This document shows, piece after piece, positions 25,056-40,029 of a DNA stretch of 64,000 bases. The DNA lies in NCBI GenBank assembly GCA_028023455.1, contig JAQFVV010000006.1:7750001-7814000 (forward strand), in the 5' to 3' direction. Under the pieces are notes generated by a model that saw only the letters and a list, made by a program, of their open reading frames with translations, was not told the DNA's origin and ran no database searches. Both the position numbers and the translations under genes were made by a program. Origin of the DNA: Epiperipatus broadwayi. Its lineage: Eukaryota; Animalia; Onychophora. The stretch's first letter is position 1. Every line of letters begins with the position of its first letter.

Positions 25056-28000
25056 TTTTCTTTTATGAATAGTCATAAGAAAAATGCAAACTGTAACTAA
25101 TAATAATAATACTAAAAAGAAAGAGTATTATAAGATGCAATTGAAAAATACATATTGAATATATATATTAACTCCTATCTTCCCATCCCCCACTTTAAAA
25201 AAAAAAAAAAAATTTTAAAAATAGATGCTTCCAAGTCGTACTTTTGAAATCAAATTATAATTTCTAAAATTATCTTTTAACCAAAAATTAAAAAGATGTG
25301 GACCACATGCTCTATACAAATTAGTATGGACAAATTGAAGAGGAAATAATTAATCACTGGCTCAATTTTTAACAAAACAAGATTGAACATTTACTAAGTA
25401 AGTGAACTTCAATTCTGTAAAAACATTTCTCAGATTCTTCTTATAATTAGATATATACATATATGGCTCAACAATAATATTTAACCTAGATTTTAGTGAC
25501 ACCAATAATCTGTATAATGAAAAACGTCAAGTCTATTTCAAACAGAAACCTTTTATTGCAATAGTATTTATATGTTCTAAATTTTACTGAAACAAATACA
25601 CCAAAACAATCAAATAAGATAATCATTAGTTGTCTTGGAGGCCAGGTGATGTTTGACCATCTAAATTCAGGTTTCACACAACATTTCCAATCAAATGACC
25701 AAATATCCCTGGGTCAACTTCACCTTGTTGCAACTATTCCCAGCACAGGAAGTCAACTCTCTCTAAGCATGTTGGGAGATTGTGGGTGTAAAGATATGAG
25801 ATGCAATAATGAAAGATAAAAACTTGAAAATATATATATATATATAATGCAATTGCTGTTCACTCTCCCATAAAGATTTAAATTGGCTACTACCCAATCC
25901 CTAACTTGTGTGAAAAGAATTTAATGAAAGATGTTGAGCTATCAACAAGAGGGTCAAGATCCAGGGGTGATATTTTTACTTCGATTGATGAGTGAAGTTT
26001 TCCCATACATAATGCCTGAATTTTTGAGAAGATGGATGGTTATGAGATAATGAAGTTGAACTGAAGGGTGACTGATAACACCCACCCTCCAAGAAAAAAA
26101 CTCAATTTTTATTTCTACCTTCTTAAAATCTATCCAGAAAAGTTTAGTTCCAAAATACCCCTTTCCCCAAACAACTATGCAGCAGATGGAATGATCAATA
26201 TTATTTTCAAAGCCTATGATTTCTGAATTCTTCTAGACCCACTTCCACTCTCCTCTTTAGTTTATTATGGTAGTGTAACAATGAAATAAGAACCTGAAGA
26301 TTCTCAGATCAAACCTTTGCTTACGGCCTTTGACATCTAATCAACTAACCATTTGGTTATCATTGGTAGAAAAAATAAATGGCCAATGGTGATTGGGTAG
26401 AATGTTAGATCCACTGCATCTACTATGAAGTTTAAAGGAAACAAATGTAATTGAATAAACACATGACCCAATGCCACATTAGTGTAGAGGCACCCTTAGG
26501 ATAGAAATATGTTTATGATGATAAAACTCTATACTAATCTAAATGATTGACGATGATATAGCAAAACTAAAAAAGGGAGACTGAGACAAAGAGAAAAATC
26601 AGTAAGATACATGAGAAAAAATATAAAAAAAAGGAATGGAAAAACAAAGAAAAATGAAATGAATGCAATTCTCATGTAAAACTATATTTAAAAAAAAAGT
26701 AACGGTGAAACTTTTTTGTTGCTTGAGAAATAGAATCACCTTCGAAGAATAGTTATCTTTATCATGCGCATGTTATAAAATCATGTGACATTGTTGATCT
26801 TTAATTACATCTAAAAAAATTTAAGACTTGAGAAATGTGTGGCCAGAAAATGTTTTACTACTGATCAGGTTTTCAAAAATAATCAAATGATCAATTGATT
26901 GCTCAAGGATTGCTCGCTTTCTTACTGCAGTATGTCACAAAATCCAAATATATTTGAAGGCTTAGTCTCAGGAAGTCATATGATCACAAGCACAGGAAAT
27001 GTCAGATTGAGTTTCTAGGCCTAACATCATCAGCTTGTAAGGTTATCCCTCTAATATTACGTTAAATGCCTGGAGTATAAACACATAATGTTTAATCACT
27101 CAGAAATTTAGTTGTCAATTGGCTACTGGAAATCTAGGACTGAGTTATAATCCAAGACTCCTAAGCTCTCAACATCCAGAATAAAACCATTAATCATTAC
27201 TATGGTTAAGACTAAATACCACTAATTGCTTGGGAGGTCATGCAATGTGTGAATGCTTAAAATAAAAGGTTGAACTATGATTAAGAAACCTTTATTCTAT
27301 CATGGCACTAAAACATGCAGGGCATATATATTTGAAGTTAATTAATCACCTTTAAACAGTATAAAAATTATAATTCTGTACTGGATTATTTACATCACCT
27401 AGTTATAATTGTTATTTAAAATTCCAACTTTATATATACTTTCTAGATACAAGAATTTAGAAAAAATACAGACTTCAGTGTAAAGCACAATATTTCAAAT
27501 AGTTTTGTTCCCTTCTTTTAGTCAAATGTTGTTAATCCGACCAGTCACAGCCTGTATGAAAATTAAGCAAGTAATCTTTAGACTTAGATTATTGTAACAT
27601 TTAAATAAATGTTATCAACATTTATATAGAAAAGGTAGACTTTATAATTTAAACTTTGAATTTATTAATGCTAAGCATGCTTTCAATATATAAAATATCA
27701 TATTCATAGTTATCTAATTTATTTAGTGTTCTCAACTTTTTATGTACAATTAGTAATTGTTTAAACATGCCAAAATATTTAAATAAATTTAAATGGCCTA
27801 TTTCTTCAAAAGTGGAATTCTTGTATGTTTCTGTTTATTGAGAATCATTCTTTTGCTATTGGCCAGGTCCCCTTAATCTTTCATTTTCTGTTATCCCTCT
27901 AAATGCACACAATTCTTCAGTATTTATAGACCATGAACAGATATCTGTCATAAATTTGATTTATCAAAGGCTGGAATTGTGTGTAATGAGAGTTGAAGGT

Positions 28001-28363
28001 AGAAAACAAAAGATTAAGGAGGTCTGGGCAATAGAAAAAAGATCGATTCTCAATAAACAGAAAAGATACAAACATTCACCTTTCGAAGAAATGAGCCATT
28101 CAAATACATTTAAAGATTTGTGCATTAAACAATTATTAATTCTCCATAAAAGTTGAGCACACTAAAAAAAATTAGATTGCTACGAAAATGATATTTTACA
28201 CATCAAAAGCATACTAAGAATTAATAAATTAAAAGTTTAAATTGCCTACTATGATATTTTACATATTGAAAGCATATAAAGCTTTATTAAACTAAACGTT
28301 TAAATTATAAACTCGACCTTTTCTATATGACTGTCCATAAAATTTCTTTAAATATTAAATTGC

Positions 28364-28847
28364 AATATTTAAACAGCATTAAACTGTTGCACATGCGCTT
28401 TGGATTTTAACTATAAAATGAATGAATACTAGCACTTCAAATACACGATAAAGTCTTTGGAAAAGATAGAATGGCCATCTATAATTTCGAACCCAAACGC
28501 TTTTGTATGGGTGAATCTTAAGTGTTTGAAAGTGAAAGCATGAAGATATTAAATAATCACTTAAAATTACTTTTACATGCTTGAATGAATGACACCGGTG
28601 AAATTTACTAGAATCTACGATACGTCATTCTTATTTGAAATTAAATGTATGTAAATAAGTCAATTATTTTATATAGCGTGATGTTTTTTACAAACTGTAA
28701 TATTTAAACAGCATTAAACTGTTGCACATGCGCTTTGGATTTTTAACTATAAAATGAATGAATACTAACACTTCAAACACATGATAAAGTCTTTGGAAAA
28801 GATAGAATGGCCATCTATCTTTTCGAACCCAAACGCTTTTGTATGGG
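28364..28847. mobile_element. Family D element, partial tandem (335-bp period)
   Basis: 28364-28511 is nearly identical to 28699-28847; homologous to the 33313 fold-back. Confidence 0.8.
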
Positions 28848-31737
28848 CTGGCTTTCTACTCAGTACAACTATTTCACAAATAGTTTAGTTAATGGAAGTA
28901 TTGTTTTAAATTCTTGAAGAAGTATTCACATTATATTTAATAGTTATAATTTCAGTAAACTTCATATTAAACTAAATATTATAATTTTGATAATAAAGCA
29001 CTTTATGTATTAACCAATTCATGACCAATGTTTATGGTTTTCCATGTTTAATTGTTTAACAAATGAAAGTTAAATCCAACTATCAACACTAATTCTTATT
29101 TTTCAATAGAACATCACTTATGTTTTTTAAATCACATTTCTTTGTTATAATCATTAAGTGAATAAAGATCTAAAATTGTTTAACAAGACATTAATATGGG
29201 ATGCAATAATAAAGATGCATTTTATTCAGGTGGATTCTGCTTTTCAATATACTTTTAATTAAACATTAACATTTGGTAAATTTTATTTTGGCTTTAGCTG
29301 CAAAATGTTGAATAATGTTTTATACTTTAAAGTGTGCTAAAATATTGTTTTATTAGATTACTGTACATTATACTATAATTTGCATTAAAATATGGCACAT
29401 TGGAAATTAATAAGACAATAACATCCATTCATCTAACAAAAATTGTAAGCTTTTAATTTTAAAGGTAAATTTCTAGCTGGAATGGAGAACAGGCACTTTT
29501 TTTAATTCTATAACAATTTTTACTTCTTTTCTTTTACTATGTAAGCAATGCTTTCAACCTAAAAGGTCATATCACATTCATATCAATCAAACTCAGCAGA
29601 AGACACTACTATTGAAAGAAAATGACTTAATAAAATGTAGTTAATATGTAAATTTGTCAATTTTCATATATTTTTTGTTTATCACATAGGTGGTGTAAAG
29701 ATAATCACTTTTAATGCCACTCTATTGGCAAGATTATCAGTTTATTTGCTCTCAACAATTCATATATAGTCAATAATTGATTGTAATCTTTAAAAATTTT
29801 CACAGATTTCAACCATTTAACAGTCGATTACTTTAGTTTATCTCCTATTCCTAGATTAAACAATCCAAAACAAAGCAAAACTCTCCATCCTAGATGTCAG
29901 CAATAATCAGTAATTGGGATAAGAGAGAAGAAAATATACTTCTATATTTGAACAATATAAGCTGATTTTGAGTTAATTTGCTCTGTGATGTTAGCAAAAA
30001 ATTAAATATATTTTTTTCCCTTTAAATTTTTTTATGTTGAACTATTAAATATATATTTCTTAATAAGTATATAATGATTATATATATATATTATAACCAA
30101 AAAAGTGAAAGTATAATTACTCTACCAAGAACTAATAATAAAGTCACATATCTGCCAAATAACATGACTTGACTCGAACAATATGATGATGTAGGCTAAA
30201 CTCAGTGTTCTGTTATATAATATATGCTAGAATAAAAAGGGCCATAGGGTACAAATACCTATGATTAAGTACTGTAAATATACTAATTAATATTTAATAA
30301 ATTTTAAGAGAACTCTCAACTCATTCTTGTAAACTACAAATGCTGTTAATATTGAAAGCATATATCAAAGAGTAGTTGGGTTATAATATATTATTTCTCA
30401 TTTTTTTATATCCCCTTCCATTATAATAACACATCTCATAACCACTTTTCTCAACATTTCATTGCAATGATCATTCAAAATCCTGATAAAGGAAAATTGT
30501 TTCTTAGGTTTTATTCACGCCACTTTATTTGTCAAAATAACTTTTTCTGCCAAAAACTATTTCTTTTCATCATTATTTATAATAATAAAATCTCAGGATT
30601 CTTTATTAAAAAAAATTTAATATTAAAATTTTGAGTCTTATTTTATTTGTGAATTATAAATCAATGAATGGCATCCTAGTGAAAATATGAGGAGGCATAC
30701 TCTTACCCCTGAAATAATGTCTACCTAATTTACCACAATAAAAAGAAGTTTAAAAGAAAATATTTTAATTACAATAAAATACATAGAAACTCTTAATTTA
30801 GAATAAAATAATAATCTACTAGGATATCAATAGAATACTAATACTGGTTAAAGAATTTCATGGTCACTCAGGATATCATATTAACAACCCATACCAAATC
30901 TTTCTTATAACTTTAAAGTAAATAAATTAAGCATTAAATTTATCATGGATAATCAGTTACAATCTCATGAATAAGCAATTAATAATTTTATCACAAAGGC
31001 AGTCTTTTTTAGTAATAGCATATGGATTAAAGTGATAATTTAATATAAAAAAAATGAATGAATATTTTATTTCTTAGATTCATTCTTCATGTCTGTAGAG
31101 CATTCTAACAAAGTGATTATTATCTTCAATTTTATGTTTATGTACTTTTAGTGATTAAAATAAGATATAATTGTAATGTTGATTATATTATGTTAAGATC
31201 TTGGGATAAGACATATGTGACTGAGATGATATTAAACCTATACACAAATTTAACGATAAAAAATAACATTTATTTAAACAATGAGGACGATTAAATAAAC
31301 CACAATTTTGGAAATCTATAATCTTCACATTAAGCTATTCAAACATTATGCCATACAACTTTACTGCATAGGAAAAGTAAATTTCAGAAGTTTACAGCTT
31401 ATAATAATAAATAAATAAATGTACAAATTAAATGGTCAGTGACTATTGTGAAAAACTTTTTATTAAATGTGAGCATTATCACAAAAAGTTTTTTTCATTT
31501 TTACATAACAATCATTCTATGACACAGTCTCAACAATGAATACATTTTAGAATTAAGTATGATTTACCAATCCAATAATAAATGAATGATAGAAGTGATA
31601 TATATGACTTATTTATGCCTATAAATACAATTTTAAATTGTTAACTAAAATAACTATTGGTTTTATGTTCTGCAATACTAGTACAAGAAAGACCTAAGAT
31701 CAAAACCATCTCTAATCTACACTCAGAGTATTCAGTA

Positions 31738-31787
31738 GTGCAACTGAAGAGAAGATGATGTTCTTCAAAACAACAAAATCAATTGCC
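31738..31787 (+). ncRNA. Orphan degenerate hammerhead-like motif
   Basis: gcaa-CTGAAGA-GAAGA-tgatgt-TCTTC-AAAA...ttgc. Perfect 5-bp stem II, G12 changed to A, stem III and cleavage site not intact. Confidence 0.4.
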
Positions 31788-32636
31788 AAAATAATAAAAT
31801 CAAGGTGGTACACCACACATGCTCCATACAAAATATATAATATAATAAACCTGAGAAGATATATAAGGCAGTGAACCTATTGCTGGCATGAACTCCAAAG
31901 GAACATGTATATTTTGAGGGCAAACAATTATGATGAAACTTTTGTCTCTAAACATATGAAGGAAATGATAATAAATCATCAAAATATTAGGAGCAATAAA
32001 GGGATGTCTTAAATAAAGCATTTATTCTAAATATGAAACATGAAAAATATCACTCACAGAAAATATTACATAATAGAGAGCAAAGCAGCAATCTCTTTAT
32101 AAAATATGTGTTAGCAAAAATAAATACCCACAAGAGAGAAGCAAAGCTACAAACTCTTGGAAAATATAATGGCAAGATAAGTATCAACAATAAAACAAAA
32201 GAGACTAACACTACAATCTCCTAAACAAATATAATTATTAACTGATGTATAAAACCGATAATGAAATTATTTGTCAAATCTGGCCTAATAAAACATGGCC
32301 TCAAATAAATAAAATAAAAAATATACAGCATCTTCACTGGTTATGCATAAACATATTCACTCAAATAGATAAATAGCTCGTGAAAGGGGACAAAGCAACA
32401 TTTTAAAATGAGAGTATTATAAAGAGCAAATATTCTGTGAACTGTTGATGAATAATGCATAAAATATAAGACACAATTGCATAACATAAATAAATAAAAT
32501 ACATAATTACAAAAGCATAAAATTATAACTTAAAATTATATCTAGTTTACAAAAATTTAAATAATTAAATGTCCCTCATTCTGGAGGATTCACTATTCAT
32601 CAGAATACAGATAATTTAAAACTAGATGTAGTACAG

Positions 32637-32975
32637 CAGAGGTCCCCAACCCTATGCCTGGGAGCACCATGGCACCCACAGACCATTTTACATGTGCCCA
32701 CCGCTACCTGAACATGATAAAAAATTATTTATCTGATACAAATAAATTTAATTTTTAAAATTTCTTATAAATTATTGTATTATATTGTAATCAAATTGTA
32801 GGGCATATGTTAATTATATGTTAAAATTTTATTTTTGAAATAAATATTTTTTGTACATTAAATGTATTATTAACAATATCCAACTATATATTTACATTGA
32901 AAAAATAAATGGTACCCGCCACCTGGCCGGTATTATAGAATGTGCTGTTAAGTGCAAAAAGGTTGGGGACCCCTG
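32637..32975. mobile_element. hAT (Charlie-type) MITE
   Basis: 15-bp TIRs CAGAGGTCCCCAACC / GGTTGGGGACCCCTG (1 mismatch) and 8-bp TSD TAGTACAG (32629-32636, 32976-32983). Confidence 0.93.
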
Positions 32976-33312
32976 TAGTACAGTGTTCAAAAATATTTCT
33001 ATAAACAAGAGATTTCCTGGCAACAGAAGCACACAAACATATTAATGGCCACTCAGTTTTCACAACAATATTTTTAAATATGTTACTAGGAATTTCGGGT
33101 GTATCATTGTGTTAACTTAACATTTAACCATTGAAAGAGATATAATTTAATAATGAGGTCTAGGAGGCAAATATTATTTAAAGACAGTCTTAGAGAGCAT
33201 GGTTTGAAGTAGATAACTATAACACCAATAATAATGAAGCATATATTAAAGCAGGTTTACAATTAAAAATTAATTTTACAGTAACTTGAATAAAAATTCA
33301 TTAAAACAATTT

Positions 33313-33669
33313 AAATAATGATCTATTTATATAGCATGATGTTTATAATTGTAATACATTAAATATCAGCCTTTTACAGCTATTGTACATGTGCTTTTGC
33401 GAGTGTTAAATAATAAATGAATACTTCTGACTGCCAATACAAGATATAGCATTTAAGAAAGAATGAAGTGAATGATCGATCTTCACACTTTCTTTGCCAG
33501 TACTTAAGATTTGCCCATATATAAACATTTGGGTTCGGAAAGAATAAGTGGATTCATATTATTCTTTCTTAAATGCAATATCTTGTATTGGCCATCAAAA
33601 GTATTCATTTATTATTTAACACTCGCAAAAGTGCATGTACAATAACTGTAAAAGGCTGATATTTAATGT
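33313..33669. mobile_element. Family D fold-back insertion
   Basis: Arms about 33355-33465 and 33561-33672. The spacer is the reverse complement of 28487-28550-like sequence. Flanking ATTAAAACA(A/T)TTT at 33300-33312 and 33670-33682. Confidence 0.8.
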
Positions 33670-34267
33670 ATTAAAACATTTTGTATGTCTTTTGTAACAG
33701 AGCTAAGATTGTATCAATTATTTTACCCAGACATAGTTCCATAATAATAACAATGAATTTTTAAATAATAAATCCATTATAATGATATAACATTAATTTT
33801 CAAACATAAGTATTCAAGCAACAATTTTCAAATGAAAATAAAGTTAATAATTTTCATTTTTACAAACTTTGAGAATATTTTCCCTATCAAGCCTGTATTA
33901 AAAATAAGTTACAATATTCGCAAGCGAACATCTTTCATTCTGCAGCAAAGATAACAAATAATTATAAATAATTAAAATGTTATTTGAAAATTAATAAAGA
34001 GGCTCTACAATCCAGAATTAAAATAGTTTATTCATTAAAAGGAAGTATCCCAGAAAAAACCATTAATTAAAATATTGAAATAAATATATTTCAAAGAAAC
34101 ATCATTGGAAACAAAATATTTCAAAGACTTTTGATAAATTTGTTAATCTTTCAGAATTTTTTAAAATTTTTAAGCAAAGTCATTGAAAATATTATGGATT
34201 ATTATAAATATTAAAAACCTCTAATGTTCTTAATATTGTAGTCCAAAAAATATAAAATCGATAATAG

Positions 34268-34376
34268 TTTTTTTTTTCCGTATGTGTCATAGCATCAGCC
34301 AGGAAGCAAACCTGCTAACCCAGGACAACTGCTTGTAAAGCAGCTGTCACTGACCTCTCAACTACCAATGCTTGAC
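34268..34376 (-). mobile_element. tRNA-Gly-derived SINE (TAC-loop subfamily)
   Basis: Minus strand reads GTCAAGCATTGG...TTTACAA loop...GGGTTAGCAGGTTTGCTTCC...ATGACACATACGG and A-tail. Confidence 0.85.
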
Positions 34377-36559
34377 AAAGTTTATTGTAAATAAATAAAT
34401 TGGAAATCAATAAAAGGTCTTACATTAGTGAAGTAAGCCATAGAAAATTCCAATGACATGTTAATTCTGCATAAAAGTAATTCAGTAGCAGTGAAAAATA
34501 ACTATTTAAACTTTCCATCATGTTTTTCTCTCTTTTTTAATCATGTGATTTTGGCTATCCCAGTAGACTAGGTTTAAAGTTTTGGCACCTGAATTAGAAC
34601 TTATTTAAAGATACATTATTTTAACAAAATAAAATTGATTAAAAAAATTACACTTATATTTATAAGAAATGATTAATTCTGTAATCGTATTATAAAAAAT
34701 AATTAGAAAATAAGATAAACAAGTTTTTTTCTACTTCCCATGTGTGTGCCAACGCTTTCTTTCCTACTTTTATATCCTCAAACATGTGATTAATTTTATT
34801 GGTTAAGATTGACATGTTAAAATCATTTTCTCTTGACACCCTATGTTAGAATTTAAAAATTAATTTGGTATCTAAAAAACAAAGCTAAAAATAGAAACCC
34901 ATTTACATACTGTCTAGACTATCTAATTAAAATATTCCAACTAAGACAATTATTTATAAAATTACAAATATTGCAACAAAATAAAATATTACACAATAAA
35001 ATTACATTATTATGAAAGGAATATTAATTTACATTATTCTTTATAACAATTTTATACCTTTGAATTTTAAAAATCTCACACATTTCATTTTTCAGCAAAA
35101 AAACTTTTATTATTGATTACAGTTTTGACTGTACCATGCAGTCGTCATATTATACCTTATTAATTAAATGAGAAGTTTTACAGAATACCTTTTATTGCTT
35201 TAAATTAAAGATATTTAAGAATAATTAAATATTGCAAACATGGAAGTGAAAGTTTAAAATTAAAATGCAAGCATAATCACACACATTCTCTAATGTTTTT
35301 CTTTATTTAAAAATTAATAACATTTAATAATAATAAATTAACACATTATCTTCTTTTAATCAACATGGCTTAGCTTTAGTTTTCTGACTTAATTTTTATG
35401 ATTAGTATGAATAAAACATACTTTTATTAATAAATCATGTAAATAGAAATGCTTTCTTATAAGCAATCAAATTAAATAATAATACCTAACATTAAAGATT
35501 TAAACTCAGCTATTATTCCAGTTTAATTTACACATTGAATTTTAATATACTAGAAGTTATATGAAAATAGCTTTACCTTTTAATAGCTTTCAACATTAAC
35601 TTATTATGTACAGAAAAATATATTCCTAATTTAAACAACAGAAAGTCACTTATAACTATCGATAGGTTCAAACCAATACAATAAAAATATTAAAAAATGA
35701 TTTTTAAAATAATTAAGACTTATAAAAGTTCTTAGAATGACTTATAAAATGAATTACGCATTTAGGGATAAAGTCCTGATAAGATTAACTTCAATAAAAT
35801 TAACTTACTGAATTTGTTTTATATACTTAGACAAATCAGATGGCTGGAAGTTTAGCTTTACTAACTAAGCTAAAAGTTACAATATAAATATAACATCTAT
35901 AACGTATATTTTATGAATATATTATCGTTGATGAAATCTTCCATGATTTCAGACAAGAAAATGCTTTGAGCCAACAACAGTATTATTGTTGTTGTTTTTT
36001 ATTTGTAAAACTGTTATTGTTTACATCGTCTACTAATACTTTCAATATTCGTAATATGACTTTACTAAAATTTTCTTAAAGAAATAAATATTTGATACAA
36101 AAATCTATTTTAATTTAGTATAATAAATTATTTTAAACTAAAAAGATACATGAAAGTTTTTGTATGACTTTTTTTTTTCATTTGTATAATTTTTTTTTTT
36201 TTTTAATTTTGTGTATGGGTTAAAAAAAATTCTATCAAAAAAATGAAGATTTGATTTTTTTTTCTTGGTGTTAAATAAAACTAAAGCCAATTTGTGCAAA
36301 AAAAAAAAAGGTGAACTCTAATATTTTCTAGTAAAAGTTCATGAAATGGGTTAATACAAAAGGGGAATAAATGTTAACTTTGTATTTTTTAAAAATTAAA
36401 ATTACAATAGATGCGGTCAAGATGATTCTCTATCCAATATTAGAAATTTTACAGAAAGTCTATTGATTATTAAATATTACTGTAGAATCTTACAATAGAG
36501 TGGATATACATATTCTTGAATTAAAATAAGATTCTGTGAAGAAAAAAATAATAAATTGA

Positions 36560-37210
36560 AATTAGCACACAAATCATCTATATGTTGCAGATAACATACT
36601 TGTTTTGCAAAGAATGTTTCACAGGTTTAGGAACTATAGCAAGAACTATCAGATTAGAGCTGAAAGAAATGTTATACGATCTACCACATACAAAGAAGAA
36701 TGTTGGGCTAAAGATAAATATGAAAAAAATTAAAGTACTGCTTAATGGTTTTCCAAAACTAAAAAAAAAAAAAAAAAGATTGATAATAATAAATTAAAAC
36801 AAATAAGAACTATATATACTTTGATCAAATTATTAATACTGAGGTAAATGTAATGGTTGAAAATAATCATAAAAGTAAATTTGGATGGAAATCTTTTACA
36901 GAGACAACCTAATATTACAAAGGAATATGCTAATGAAGTATGGAAAAATGTATTCTGAGAGCAACGAAAAAGGCCACAAACAAAATACACAGATGAGAGA
37001 ATAAACAAATATCACTGAATATCATTGAAAGAATTAAAAAGATAAAATGGAGCTGAATTGCATATGTCACCAGAAAAAATAATAATAGACACCTTTAGCC
37101 TTAAGCTGGATACCAAGAGATTGTAAAAGAAATGTTAAAAAGAACTATAAATAAATGAAATAGGAATGCTTGCTGAAGTAATACATGAAACAAATGCTAC
37201 TGATTGGAGA
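36560..37210 (+). mobile_element. Degenerate RTE-clade LINE RT fragment
   Basis: NHLYVADNILCFA (decayed FADD motif), ELKEMLYDL...VGLKINMKKIKVLLN, IIERIKKIKWS*IAYV, WIPRDCKR. Confidence 0.82.
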
Positions 37211-37609
37211 AATTTGATTAATTTATAATGGTTAAAACCAATATATGATACTGGTGTAAATTTTCATATGTCTTACTATTAAAAAATTTTATACGCTGGA
37301 CACATGTTCCTCTCGCTACTTTCCCAGAATTGACTATTTTTTAAAAAAAATCAAATCATTTTTAACTTTGTTCACATAGTGTAAGTTTTTTACCAAATTT
37401 ATGGTGTTTAGCAGTACCTCATAGTGGTTGTTGTCTAAATGTAAGTACTTTTACTTCTCCATTTTTTATGATCTATGGTTATTTCTTCTTTCTATTTTTT
37501 TAATCAAATATAACTCCTACTACAAACAACAATTGCAATATTAAAAAAACAAATGTATTTCTCAGCAAAACTAATTTTATTTCTCCAATTTTTGCAATTT
37601 TATGATCAT

Positions 37610-37750
37610 GTTTTTAAATCTTTTTATGCAAATATTATATTAACTTTTGTAATATTTTCAGGAGCAAATCAATCATCCTATATGCTTTAACAAATTTATG
37701 TGCACTCATTTGTAAGCAAAGATTTAAAAAAGACAAGTGAATTTATTGTC
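37610..37750 (-). repeat. Repeat copy inverted relative to 40030-40185
   Basis: ttgtaatatttt.cag.agcaaatcaat...ttaacaaatt...aaagattta.aa.gacaagtgaatt matches the reverse complement of 40045-40155. Confidence 0.7.
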
Positions 37751-40029
37751 TTTCGAACTTATCTATATATAAGACAATCCCTTGCTTAACATATTATATG
37801 CCTGATTTTTTAAAAAATTCATGTTCAAATTGTATAAACATAATTCAAATATTGCAGGAGAAAATTTTTTTGTACAATTTGAACATCAATTTAAAAATAA
37901 TCAGGAAAATAATAGACTCAAGCCCTGAATACGTAAGGTAAGCAAGGATTTGGCTTATATATAGTATAACGTTCCAAAAGAAAGTGGAGACAGCAGTCTA
38001 CGATATCTGCACTACAAGAGCGCCATCTAGGCATTTGAACCTAAAAAAATTTATAAAGTAGGCAGATACGTGCTGTTAAGATTCCACTTTATTTAAATAT
38101 TTAGACCGTTAGCCCATTGTCACTAGCTTAGTGGAGACGCAGAGATAATAATCTATATCTTTAATTTATATCTTAAATATAAAAAAATAAAAGCCATTGC
38201 CAGAAATTAACACATAAAAATATTTATTTACGCACATATATAATCATTTTAAATTTGAGGAATAAATTTATTGTTTTAGATTTTAATATTCATTTTTAAT
38301 TTAAATTATTATTTTAAGGTTGTTGAGTATGAATGAATTTAATATTTTTATTAAGATCGTCGAGTATGAATAGACTACATAGATCTGCATTTGAAAAGAA
38401 AATATTCTATCCCTTATTTAACCTTAGGCCAAAAGTTTGCAGTCAAACCGGCGTCAATCCATCTGATACATTTATGTATTCAATGTAGCATGAAAATACA
38501 ACAGCACTATATACTATACTGTCAGGGATGGACATCTGAACAGTATAGTTAGAGAAGACATTGACTCTTGACCAATACAGGAATGTTACATCTGTATGAC
38601 AAGAACAATAAAATAAAAACTCCATAGGAAGGGACCGCAGACCTTTTTGCCAACTTACAATCCCATCCATGGGCAAAAGGGTTTGTGCAGCATATATAGC
38701 GATTCTGCACATAGCGAAACTCATACTACATCTACTAATTACACAAATATATCCAATCCATTGACTTAATTCAACTAAAAAATGAATAACCTAAGATTAT
38801 CCTTCCCTAATATAACTTTACAAAACTATATAGCCATTCACGCCCGACTTAAATTTAGCATTTAGATACATTTGCACAGATGAATTTTATAAAATTTGTT
38901 TTATAATGTTGAGTATCGATCGGCTGCATAGATTCCATGGTTAAAAATATTTCAAAATGAACACAACCGATCAAAATACAAAGTCATCGATAACGTCAAT
39001 TGCAGAGGGAATACAAGAAACCCAATGGCATTCATCATAAGATGCCGCATTGACATCGATGACCTATACATTCTAATCGAATGTAAAAACCACAACATAA
39101 TCAACCGCTAACGAATCCATGTCCATACCCAACTTAAATTTCCTCATTTAAAATTTAAACAATAAATATTAATACAAATAAAATAATAAATGGAAATGAT
39201 TTTTATCAAACGCAAAACATATAAAATTAAACATTATTAATTGATTTGAAACTTACAAAAATCAGATAAGAGTTCATTTTAAAATTTAAGTTAGCTTGTT
39301 TATTAAATTTGTCAAACCCTGACGAAAGTTCTTAATTATTATTTTTTTTTATGATTTTAAAAATTGTTTAGTTCATATAGCTTACAGTAGAAGAGCTCTC
39401 TGTTCCTGGTGTCACTTCCCATGGAGTCTTTATTTGAAACCCGGTCTATCTGAAGGTGGCCTTAGCCGGAACAATCCTGGTATTACAGTCATTTCATTTT
39501 TTAAATGGAGAGAGAGCTATATGTGCATCCCATCGCCCTTCTCACAAAATAAAGATGGAAACTGTCAGGAACCTCAATATTTTTCTTTTTATAGCAAATC
39601 TCCAGATTGAACGAACAAAACATCACTAATCCAAATTTTCGTTAAGGTCCAAGAGGCTTGGTGCTTCCATTGGTCAAGCTAAATTCTCTTTATTCTCTTA
39701 TCTATTTTTCATCTGACTTTTTAATTACACAAGAGCCCAAGGGCTAGTTTGCTTTTCGATAATTAATAAACAATCATTTCCATCTACAAAAATATTTTAT
39801 CTTTAAAACTTGTACTTTTTTTTTTTATAAAAAAGTACGTTCAAATACTTATTATTATTATTATTATTATTATTTTAAATATTTTTAAAGTTTTGCATCT
39901 GTGCGAAAATATATACATTTAACAAACATTTTAATTTTAGCATTTAGTTTTTTTTAATACATTTATTTTTATTTGCGAACTTAAAAGTTTTTATTTCAAA
40001 TTAATGTAACGGCATATTTATATATCGTT

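Noticed and set aside
27000-27045. Minus-strand CTGATGA...GAAA-CTCAA-TC
   Set aside because: Stem II has no loop and stem I does not pair.
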